Of a DNA stretch of 64,000 nucleotides, positions 51,227 to 62,639 are shown piece by piece. The notes beneath the pieces were generated by a model that was not told the DNA's origin, did no database searches, and saw only the letters and a program-made list of their open reading frames with translations. Made by a program: the position numbers and the translations under genes. Source of the DNA: Neoechinorhynchus agilis (taxonomy: Eukaryota > Animalia > Acanthocephala); the NCBI GenBank assembly GCA_051530055.1, contig CM121341.1, forward strand, positions 7,356,784 to 7,420,783, written 5' to 3'. Each line of letters starts with the position of its first letter. Position 1 is the stretch's first letter.

Positions 51227-51602
51227 GAATAATTCCACCACGGATTAGTCATTTTGGTAATAAATTAACATCTTAGTTGGCAATTAGAAGATTTGTTATG
51301 AACGGAAAAGGCACTTTATTATTGGTATTGGCAAATTCGTTGGGTAATGGATACAAATCACGATCAATCGAAAGCGAGACCAAAGAAATTTTAATGCAAC
51401 TATCGGATTCCACGGAGAATTCGAGCGCGTTAATTTGCGAACGCGGCCACTTAATCTTTTGTTTTATTTTAAAGATCTCAATGGGATTTCGTGGACTCGT
51501 TTTATAAATTTATTTTTCATGCTCGAAATCACTCATTCAAGAAATGTGTTTAAAATGTTGAATCACATCTCAATCAAAATTCTTATTAAATAATAAAAAA
51601 TA

Positions 51603-52925
51603 TCAGCTTAATTTGAGCTGACTTCGTTGAGCTCGTCCCAAATTTAAGCGATGCAAAGATGGTAATTTTTGTCCAAATACAAACTTGCCTACTGTGTCCG
51701 GCGTTATTTGTTCACCGTCGCCTTTGACGTCGGTCAAATCGTTAGCAGCAACGTTCAAAATTTGGGCGTCTAATCGTTTAACTTCTCTTGATTTAGTTTC
51801 AGTTCTTGTCTGACCTTTCTTTTCAGATTTCACACGTCTCCTGAGATTTGTTTTCTTCTTTGAACTTGGACTCATTCTGGCCCGTTTCGATTTTAGAGCA
51901 TAAAGTGACACTTGCCTTTTAATTCCTTTTATCGCCTTTTCCTTGCCTGATTTTAGAGATGATCTCTTCGCTGTTTTACTCACAACATTCGCCCTCTTAA
52001 GTTCAATTTTCATCTTTGCTGTCCTTGCATTCAGTTCAATTGCTTTAGTAGATCGGCCTCTTCGTCTTTCAGAAGTCTTACCCATCTTTTGACGTTTTCT
52101 ATTTGTTTGTTTGAGTGCATTATTGGAAACTGGACCGATTGGTTTGTTTTTAGTCTTAGGACTGAATCGGGGTTTCCCTTTTCTCTTCTGGTTCGTTTTA
52201 TTTACCTTTGGTTTTGGCAAAATACTTGACTTAAAAAGCGGAATGCCTGGAGCACACCGATATCGCATCTTCGGTCCACTCCTGATGGTCCCTCCGCTTC
52301 CTCGGATAAGACGCTCACCAGCTACACATCGATCAACAGTGAATTTAATGCGATTCTTTAGTACATTAACTGGAATTGAATCGTAACGAAGGCATTTCAT
52401 GACATCTTCGATTACAGAGGCCTCCTTTATACCCGTTTGTCCTTTATCTTCCTTTTGAATGATCGTTCGTTTGACTAAACAGCCAAGTGCTCGACGTTTT
52501 TTGGTGTAGTAAGGAACGTTATTAGGATCACAAGTAACATCCGCCATCAAATCAATCACAGCTTTTTTCCTTTCACCAATCGCCTTTTTGATTTCATCGG
52601 TTTTTTTGAAACCTTAATCTTCTTTTGTTTAACCACTTTCCTTTTCTGTTTGTGCCTTATTTGTCCTTTCTTTGCTTTCAATGTCTTCTCGGCCGGTCTT
52701 TTTACAGCCTTTCTCGGTTTTCCCTTCCCTCCTGCACTCTTCTTTTTATCGTTATCCCGTCCGAACGTTTCCTCGCACAATGAAGGGAAATCCTCACAGC
52801 AATCTTTGATTGCGTCCGCCGTAATCCGCATAGTTTGGTCGTCTAAAAAATTGAAGGATCGTGGCTCATAAGGGCGAAATTCTTTATTACCGATGCTTAC
52901 CTTTCACCGGAGAACTGGAAGTCAT
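51603..52925 (-). pseudogene. H1-like gene, right-arm copy with a 1-bp deletion in an A6 run (~52565), real or sequencing error
   Basis: Split into ORFs 52831-52556 and 52559-51603; left copy has TCAAAAAAGGCG, this copy TCAAAAAGGCG. Confidence 0.6.
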
Positions 52926-54420
52926 TGAATCACTTAAAGTGATCGCTTTCTTTTAATGAACACGGTTACCATGGTGATCTGGACTCCAGTTTGAAATTGA
53001 ACTTTCTCTTAAGGCCAAGCGCTGACGAATTGGTGAAGTGCATTGAACTTTTCCAACGAGTGCGCCGTTTTACATAGTCACGGTTGTTTTCGTATTGCGC
53101 CATCGTTTTTTTGGTGACTATTTTTCCTTGCTATTAAGAAAAGTTGGAGCAATCGCTCCTTTGTTTCATTTTTCCAGACTTTTTCCAATGGGAATTAATG
53201 TTTTAAGCTAAATCCGATCATTTTTTACGCTTGAATGTCGATAATGCGGGATGACTAGCACTAATCTGTGGGTTTAATTCGGAAAAAGTCAACCAATCCC
53301 AAGAAGTTCAATGAAGACTTTCTAAACGCCCAAAAAAATATCGATTTTGATGCCTTTAATTTAGTTGATCACCGCATTCGTGTGTTTGAATGAGTTATTA
53401 TTGTGGTCGGTCCTTGACGTCCGACGGGGATCGTTAAAGTCGAATGAATATTTCGACTGGTTGAATCAATCATTATCAATGCTTTAAGACAAACGATGTT
53501 TAAATATTAAATTGTTCATGTTTTTATATTGCGGAAAATTGAAAGTAATTTATTTAATTCGATATTTCGTCACGATCGTGTGCCTCTAACGAAGTTACTA
53601 TTAAGATCTTGATTTTCAGCAAGAAAGAATCCGTGTTACTCTGACTATGGTATATTTTCGCCATTTTTTAATTTATTTTTGATTTAAGCTCTATTGCTGC
53701 AATTGTGCTTTCGCTCGTTTAATTGATTTAATTGTGGTCGCAGCGTCAATTAAGCGAGTGTGGGAGCGAAATAATTGCTCATCCACTTGTATTTTAGGAC
53801 TGATGATGAACGCGACGAGGTTCGACGAACGTCTTTTTGATCGAAATAATCATTTACCGCGGATGTAGACTTCTAAACAATAATTCCGGTTCGCTCCTGT
53901 TTGAACACTTGCCAATAATGTAGCCGGCTTTCCATTGCTCTAAGACTTTAAGATAATGATTGATTTTATGTTAGTCTCGTCGCTTAGTGTTCCTTTGCCG
54001 CTGAATTTAATTTTAGATTAGTTTGTAATTGAGCCCCATTCGTGATTTCGCTACGATTACTTTACAATCTCTTTTTTATACTGCCATTCAACAAAAATCC
54101 ATCAAAGAATCAAGCTAATTGGTTTTCTATAATCATTTAGTAATCGTTGAATCATTAGTTACCCTTTCGGCAACCACAATTGCCTTGAACATTTCTTCTA
54201 GAACTATTTTGTAAAGCAAAGACATCTTTATGTGTGCGATTGTCTTGCATTCCTTTGAGCTTTTTATCCCAAGCGCAATGTCTACTGTGCAATAGAATGA
54301 AACTCTAAGGATTCGAAATTCCCAGTTTGCTTTCCTGAATAAATTTGGGCTTTCTGAGGCTATCTTTTAACGCCTTCTTTTTATCCTATTGTTTTCTGAT
54401 AGCTTAAATAAAGAAAATAA

Positions 54421-56153
54421 ATGTTGACTCAACCGGCCAATGCGTTTGTTTTACGGCGTCTTCTCTCTCACAAAGTGGATGTTGCTATTTGTGGCGGCGG
54501 AGTTGTTGGATCCACTTTAGCTGCATGTGAGTTCTAATCGAGTTAAAAGCTCACTAACATGGTGTCCATTTAGCACTTAAGAGGTTAAACCTTAAAACAA
54601 TGATCGTTGATGCGAAGCCTCGGGTTGAAGTTACCGCAAGTGCGTCCAAGAATATGTACTTTCCATCATGGAATCTCAGATTAGGGATCGGTATCTGAGA
54701 TCCTCTGATTTCCGAGATGTCTTGCCATTAATAGACTTTCGTACGATCTCTTAAATGGTAAATTACCTCACTTTTCAAATTCAAACATTAGTTACACCCT
54801 CACACACAGATCTCGATATTTGGTCCAAGCTGCAAAAGTATAGAAGTCCTCAAGCCATCAATGCCATGAAGGTGATTTCCATTGTGCTTATGCTTAAATT
54901 CCGTCTTTTGGTTAATACATAGGTCTGGGACTTTTGTTCTCCCTCTAAGGGCTTTATGCTAACAAATTCGGGAGAACCGATTGCTCATATTGTGGAAAAT
55001 GACGTTTTAACAAAATGTCTTCATGATTCGATCAGCGATTTAGATTGTCGATTCGAGCACGAAATAGTGGATTTCGAAGCAAACGAAGATTTTGTCGAAT
55101 TTGACCTAAGAATAAACGGAAGGATAATCCCGATCGCAAGCAGACTTCTAGTTATTGCTGGAGGTGGGAACGTTGATCACCTATTGACGAAAGCCAGTTT
55201 CAAAAAGTGTATTGATATTGACTACAAACAATCGGCTATAACGTGTGTGCTTAAAGTTGACAAATCTGAAAGCCAAGTTAATTCTTTTCCTGACGAGCAA
55301 ATGTTTTGTTAAACTGTTTTTAGCGAAACGATCTGGTGTATCTTAGATTTCTTCCCACTGGACCATTGGCAATACTACCATTGTCCAACACTCATTCCTG
55401 TATGGTGTGGGGTTCAGATGAAAACGGATTTGCTGAAAAACTTAGACAAATGAACGATGAAGATTTTTTGGCTGAAATCAATGAGACTTTGGTAGGTGTA
55501 CAGATATCCAAAAATGGTTCAATGTTCGTGTTTTCGTTTTTAGGCAGGTCCACATAAGACGGACACAATAACTGAAGCAATAGTTTCTTTTTTCGATAAA
55601 TTACCCTTCTTCACAAGCGATCAGGGGCATTATCCATCAATCAATAGTTTTTGTGAGATACAGAAAGGGAGCCGACTTTCCTTTCCACTGAAAACCATTT
55701 TACCTGAGACTTATGTCCAGCCGCGGATAGCTCTTTTAGGGTCGGTCATATTAGAATTATATGAAGCTTTATGAATTTATTTAGCGACAGCGCTCACCGC
55801 ATTCATCCACTGGCTGGACAAGGTGCTAATCTTGGGTTTGCGGATGTCAAAAGTCTTACCAGTATCCTTCAGGAATATTTGAATGTTGGTGGATGTGATT
55901 TTGGTGCGTTTTCTCTAGTGCTTGTAAACTCAGGATGTTTTATATTTAAAAAGGATCAATGACTGTGCTGAAGGAGTATGAACGACAGCGGCAATGCGTC
56001 GCCACTTCAAAAGCACTTTTGATGGATGGAATTAAACGCCTTTTTGGAACAGACCTTTTGCCCATTATTTGGGGACGAACCGCTGGATCTGAGGTGTTCA
56101 AAAGATTTGAAACGCTAAAGAGCAAAGTCGTCCATGTAGCGAGTTTTGGTTAA
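54421..56153 (+). CDS. COQ6: Ubiquinone biosynthesis flavin monooxygenase, multi-exon
   Basis: Mitochondrial-like leader, [65 protein letters not shown]; all introns GT-AG except the junction at 54656-54718. Confidence 0.93.
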
Positions 56154-56578
56154 AAGAATAGTTGTTTTATAAGCCTTTGAAATAGTTGTAACTTGAGCGT
56201 TTTCCTCCTGGACCTGCATGTATACTTAATCGTTCAATTTGTGCATTGAATGAAAACCTTTATTAATGCATTTGACATGAATTTAGAATCAATTCTACAT
56301 GAAAAGATATTATTAATGTCAATTCATGTGGACGAGTAAGTTACAAAAAATAACTTCGCATTTTCCAATGAAGAAAAAGTGAAAATCTCCACCTTACAAC
56401 GTCTTGACGGATCACTTGTTACCACGGATTCTCTTAATGTTGTATATTTAATTGATGACTCACTTTAACTACAAGGCAATGCCTACAAAAAGGTTAGTAT
56501 ATTTTTTTCGTCGTACTCATAAACGCCGAGTTGCGCAATAGGTAGGACACTTAAATTTCGCCGTCCTCGTACCAAATC

Positions 56579-59500
56579 ATGAACGGTATTATAAAGTATT
56601 TGCCGATACTTCTTCGGATCACTCTGGTGCGTAAAACATCTCTTAATAAACCCAATTAAATTATGTTTAGGTAATTCCAAAATGTCTTTTTAATACATAT
56701 TGCAAAGACAATGTTCATGATTTGTGCTATGAACCAGATATCAATATTCCAAGTACAGTCTTTGTGAAAAGCGTAATTTTCTATTGTAATTTCCTTTTTT
56801 CATGAAGATCCTGCAAACCCGTGCTGTTCTCGCGCAATTATCGAATCTATTGAATCTAAAGAAAACAAGCTCATAAATTTTTTCCCAGAATGCGATCCCT
56901 GTGTTCGGGTTGCGCGCACCACTGTCTACAGCATCGTTTGTTCTAACGATCACGACAAATGGCTACTTGTTCTAAACTCGTCTGATAGTTTAAAACTTAA
57001 CATTCTTATCGATAAAACATACGCTAAAAATCTCGAAAAACATTGCATGTAAGTAATATCGATTTCATATCTATTTTAAATTTTTGAGCTACCCTTACTG
57101 CTTGTTTTTTCACGTGAACCTTTAAAATTCGACTAAACTACAAGAGCCAAATAGTGTAGTTTCAAGCGCAATTAATAGCTAAAACTCTTCTGCCCATGTT
57201 TGCAAAGCGTACAATTGTGAAAGTTGCGCAGAAAAATACGGACTTTCTCGAGAAATGCACTCAACACTTCGTAGAATTCAGATTTATAGATCGCCAGAAT
57301 AAATAGATATTTCTTTTTTTCGAAATCTAATACTGATTTAAAATGTTTTAACTTACTTTTTGTATAGAAGCAAAGGAAATGCTTGGTTTGCATCATCGTT
57401 TTCCAGCAAAAGAGCCCTCCGTTTCGTTTTCCATGCAATTTCGCATTCATTCAAAACGGTTGTTACAATGAAACAAGACGAGGTCCAAAATGGATATATC
57501 GCGTTTGATTCCGACGTCTTCAATTGTTCAGAGGTCAAGGTTCATAAGAAAAATGTATAATGATTCTCTAACTTTCAAAGCTCATTTAAGCTTTTTAGGT
57601 ACGGACCAATTTAAGTCCCGAAAGCTCAACGGAAATGCCGCTAAATACGACAACCACGGACTCAAACGTAATCGCAAGTGATCTTAGTAAGATCGCAAGA
57701 AAAAAGGAATTATACGCTTACAAAACGTTCCGAGATTTGGAGAAGTGGTCAGACGCAAATTATGACATTATTTATTATGTAATGATTGGAGTCTGCCTTC
57801 TTATTTTTTATCTGTATGCCGTATTTGGACGACAATTGGTGTCCAGAAATTTTATACAGATGAAAGGTAAACACAATTACACAAAATCCTTATATTTCTG
57901 AAATTATCGTCCAACTAACTAATGACAAGTGTTCTTATTTTTAAAATGCTATATTTCTAGCTTTCTAAAGTCAGGCATAAAAACATCTTTGAAAATTCCG
58001 TAATCTTCTCAGGTAGTAAGTTTAGCTAGAAACGAAGTTAACGTATTACCCTCCTTTCTTTGGTCAGATTCCTTTGGTGAAGCTGATCAAATAATTTTTC
58101 ATCTCCCTTTTTTCAAGGAGTTAGGTAAATTGTAGGGATTTCGTAGCTTACTTTTTAACATGAAATGCTAAAAACGCCATGAATAGGAATTCTCAGTGAC
58201 TATGATAATAAACTTATTTACGTCAATAATTTAAATAATAATTGCAATTATGGTGAAGATAATCTAGGCAAAGAGCGATGAAAACAATTAAGCTTCTTCG
58301 AGAATATCACACTTCTGCAAACATCTCATCGGTTTTCTTGCACATCTAACGATTTTTTCCTAGTGCCCGAACCCGTATTTCTTTATTCACTAATTTATAA
58401 AACGAACAGAAAAATATGCCTACGTTCATAAAGTTTACGAGAAATGCAAAGAAAGTCAAGAGAAATTAGAAGAGCTCGTGACAACCGAAATATCAAGCGA
58501 GTACGTATTGAAACCACGATTTAACTGCTTTTATTCTGATAAATATTCTATGAAGAAAACCGCACATCTCGTCGTCGCAGCGTGGAATGCTTATTGCTGC
58601 AACAATCGCCCTTTGCGCGACATCCGCTGTGGGTTTCAGGAATTTTTCGGTCAGTGATTGGTCCCACGTTTGGACTCAAGCCAACTCTTTCACTAACGCC
58701 AAAATGGAACTTTGTCAACAATATTTCAAGTACGTAAAAAATCGACTGTGCGGGTAAAATGAACATTTTTGTTTCTAAGACGTTTAATGTTTTGATCTAC
58801 TAATCAACTATTTCGGTGGAGGCTTGGTGCAATTGCATTTTTAAGGGACCTAAAATAGGCAGTACAATTTAAAACAATCGTTCAATTCATTATTTTAGTG
58901 ATTCTATTTACCTGTTGATCCTGATGACACCAAAGCCTTACTTGCAAGAATTCATTTCGGATAAAAATGTTCGAAACGTTTTGTCCGTCCACGATCAAAT
59001 ACAAAATGTATCCGTGGACAATGAAACTTTAACGACTGCTTGTCAACTTGACGCCAAGAACCAATGCCGTTTTTATAATTTAAACAGATACATCGATGCC
59101 GATTTTGATATTAGCGGAACCGTAAATAAAATACGTTCCTGTGATCGTGAATCGATATGTGATTCGGACAATGGCGACATGATACTTTCTTCTGTTCTAA
59201 TCGGTTCCAATAACAGCTTACGACGTTCATTCGCTTCGCTCTACGTACTAAAGCCGACAATGAAAGCTTCATGGCTTCAAGAGGTCAAAACTGTTCTTAA
59301 TACGGCTAACCCGAACTACGAACTGCTGTACGTTGTATCGAGTCAACTTCACGACGACATAAAATCGAACCTCGTTTCCGATAAATGGAGAGCTGTTGCC
59401 TGGATTGTGTGCTCATTCATCTACTTAGACTTTGTGCTTCTTCGCTACAACTGTTGGAGAGTTGGAATTTGTACTGTGGTATTCGTCCGAGCCTCGATTG

Positions 59501-61781
59501 CTCTCTTTTTCACAGTCCTATACACCCTTACCTCATTTGGCCTTTTATTGTCCATCAACAAAGACGGTGTTCACGTTGTACCTCTTGCAACGGTTTTGTT
59601 CTATGTTATGTGGACCACGATCAATGTATGTAAGGAATTTCTAAAGCCAACGAAATCACACGTGGACGAAAAGGCCGGAAACTATGAACACAAATCAATC
59701 ATATTCATCAGCGAAATTATGTCCATCTTTTGCTTTGTCACCTATTTGTCATTCTGCTCATTACAAAGTATACGTCTTATTAGCATCTATATGGCTCTTG
59801 TGTCGTTGATTCGCCTCATTCTCGCCTTTACGTTCCTTCAACCAATTCTGAAGTTCTCCAAAATTCACGATGCTGGTACAAGGACAAAAATCTTAAAAAT
59901 CAAATCTAACAGTTCTAGTGCTTTGTACTTGCTGCATGGAAAGACCAAATACACCTTTCCCTATCCCTTACAAATCCTCACGAAACTATATACTTTTGCT
60001 CTAAAGTCAGCTACTATCGCATTTCCCATTTTGTTGTTTATCCTTAAATGCTGCATTCTTGTACTATGTGGTACTCTGAAAAACGAACTATCGATGTAAA
60101 ATCAATTCAGTTGTTTACGTCAGCTTTATTTGTAATCAAACACAATTGTGATGTATATTAGCCAAAACGTTTCACCGGTTTGTGAGAAATCGTTGTAGTG
60201 ACATTCACGCAAGTCATTCCCGTGATTTTACCCTTCTAAATTTTAAAATAGTACGAGAAAAGCAGCGCTACATTGATTGGTGCTTTGTCATCTTTCGCTC
60301 CACAGATTAATGCGACATTACAGGTGAGTGACATCTATAATCCCTCGTCGATGATGGCTGACTTTGTGGACCGACTGATAAGTAACGAATTCGTACGATG
60401 TCCCTCCTCGTTGGCTCTTGTTTTGGACCCTGCGAATTACTCACTTATTCAGAACAAGGATAGAAATCGAAACTACTTGACTGTCCCTGAGAAGATGGAA
60501 GCTGTTTTCCAAGCGCGAAACGAATTCGATTTTATAGATGATACGGTTGTCGTGCCGTTGGAAGCGTGGTTCAATTCCGATCACTGTTGCAATCAATGCT
60601 CTACCTTAAATTGGTCACAGTCATTAGTGCCCGAAATGATTCAAGGTTTCCTGCTCTCTAATAAGAATGGGACTTGTAATTTCAATTCCATCGGATACGA
60701 AGATTCTTACTCTATTTCATCAGAGAAAACATATTTCGATGGTTTGTCTTTATGTCGCATCGTAATCTCCATAGCAAATTTTTAGCCATATCGATATTTG
60801 CACTTTCTAAGAAGCATCACACAATCGATTCTATCATCAAGCAACATAAGCTTATGCATCTCTTCGAACAGGATTTGGCAAAGAGTCTTGGAACGTATCG
60901 TGCTCTCAATGGTTCTCTGGAGTTTCCTAGAGCTTTCTTTTGCAGGTAAAGGACACAAAAAAGGACAATCATATACCCTTGAGTTAACCGAAATTTACAG
61001 CGGGTTTTTCTTTAACACTTTACGTGAAGGTCTTATCGCGAGCTAGTAGAATTGAAACGATTTGTTGTTTAAATGAGAAAAGCATTTCTCGGCTAATGAT
61101 GAAATCAAGAATATTTAAATTTTAGCGATCATTCGTACTTAGTCCGTTAGTAATACTCTTATTTTAATAGCTACGTGGCGACATTCGCAGAACAATTCTT
61201 CGACATCGACCGAGATACAATGATGCTGATCCTTCTGCCGATAATTCCTTGGTTTTCGGTTCTGGCACTATTCAGTCGATTGAGTTGGCGTCAATGTATT
61301 TTAATGCCAACACTTCTGACAAGTACGTTTGTGTCTTCTCTTGGATTAATGGCGTTGGTTGGCATCGATTTAAACGCTCTTTCTCTAATGAACATGGTGA
61401 TGGTGAGTAAATCTCTAATTGCGTTTTAAGTATTTACACCACTTTAGGTGCCTTCTTTGGCCGCTCAATTCTATCTTCCAATTGCTTACATGTTTTCCAC
61501 AATTTCTCAGGAGTACTCAAAGGACTCCTTATTTTCCCAATGTGCTATGAGCGCTCTTAATGTTAGTCTATTTTTTGCGACTGTCTCTCATAAATTACAA
61601 ACAGATATTTCTGGACACCATTGTTCCAATGCTCATCTTTGCAATCACATTTATATGTGCTAATACTCGGATACTGACCGTTTTCTACGTTACACAGTTT
61701 TCGTTACTGATCTTTAATTGCTGTATTCACAGCTTGGTGCTTTTGCCAGTATTACACTCATTGGCAGGTTTGACGAACTAA
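56579..61781 (+). CDS. NPC1: Divergent Niemann-Pick C1-like sterol transporter, multi-exon
   Basis: Cys-rich N-terminal domain (PCCS...ECDPC...VCS), TM1, MLD start (DWSHVWTQANS), SSD-like TMs, CTD, EQFFDI, LGLMALVGIDLNALSLMNMVM, HSLVLLPVLHSLAG; exon order around 57049-57367 uncertain. Confidence 0.8.
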
Positions 61782-62639
61782 AGGCAATTGGACGAAAACT
61801 AGATATCTCTTTAGGTCGATTGCCCCAGCGTAATACGAACAATGCGGATGTGGATTGAAGACTAATGCTTGTTTTACGCAGTAGAATTGCTTTTACGTTG
61901 AGTCTATGGAATTTAAACGATTTGGGGAATTTTTAGAGGGAACCAGGAAAAATCGACGTGATGGCAAAGGACTACACTTTCTTTAAAAGTGGAAATATCG
62001 ATGTGTGACATTTCGACCTTTTCGATCGATTGAATTTGAAATTTAACATGTGGTTGAAGCAGTCTTGTTTAAACTGAAATCCGTTTTACCGTAAACTGTT
62101 TTTGGTTCCATCGGTTTCAATCAAGTTTCCGGCTCTAATGTCGGGATTTTTCACCTTCTATCCTAGTTCAGAATCACCATGAAAATTTTTATTGTTACCA
62201 TAATATAGATATAGTTGCTCAATTATTATACGAACAAAATACAATACCGTTTACTCGCGTTTCAATGCGTTTCTTCACTTTAACATTCAGAGCACTCAGC
62301 AAAAATCACACTGCGTTAACAATGATTACAGCTATCGCAATGCTTTCTTCTAATTTTATGAGGACCCAATGGTACATGGGTTCTCTTCTTTGTGAATCAA
62401 CAACAAATAAAACGTGTTATTATTATAATCAAACAACTAAGTTTCTTTCTTTTTTATTAGTTTTGCCACCTCGGATTTAAGTTCACTAATTTTTACCAGC
62501 ATCAGTTTAAAATTGCCATTGAAAAGGCGATGGGGCTCTAGCTCAGAAATTCTAGTGGACAAAGAGTCCAGGAATAGAGGTTTGACGAACATGTTGCCCG
62601 ATAAGAACCAGTCTACAGGATAACGCTAATGTTCGTGTT

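Larger units (their letters stand above)
43295..53085. repeat. Right arm (~9.8 kb) of inverted segmental duplication
   Basis: Reverse complement of 28743-38567; diverges after TAGTCACGGTT at 53085. Confidence 0.97.

Noticed and set aside
19733-54718. Stop-codon reassignment or translational bypassing as the explanation of the interruptions
   Set aside because: TAA, TAG and TGA all terminate genes normally here; most blocks shift frame; matched take-off and landing codons occur only in some cases (COQ6, unknown gene), not the GPCR or SLC22
57123-57184. 57-bp hairpin with TAAAA direct repeat in NPC1 as a sixth non-canonical insert
   Set aside because: An all-canonical path exists (57049-57088 and 57114-57178); exact excision needs an additional frameshift. 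Worth rechecking with RNA-seq
58074-58258. TGGTGAAG 8-bp direct repeat and NPC1-like phrases in 57960-58400
   Set aside because: Region falls inside a canonical in-phase intron (57867-58409); the true LWS-like motif is encoded at ~58650
62532-62575. GGGGCTCTAGCTCAG resembling a tRNA-Ala 5-prime end before the CRE element
   Set aside because: No anticodon or T arm follows; cannot fold a cloverleaf
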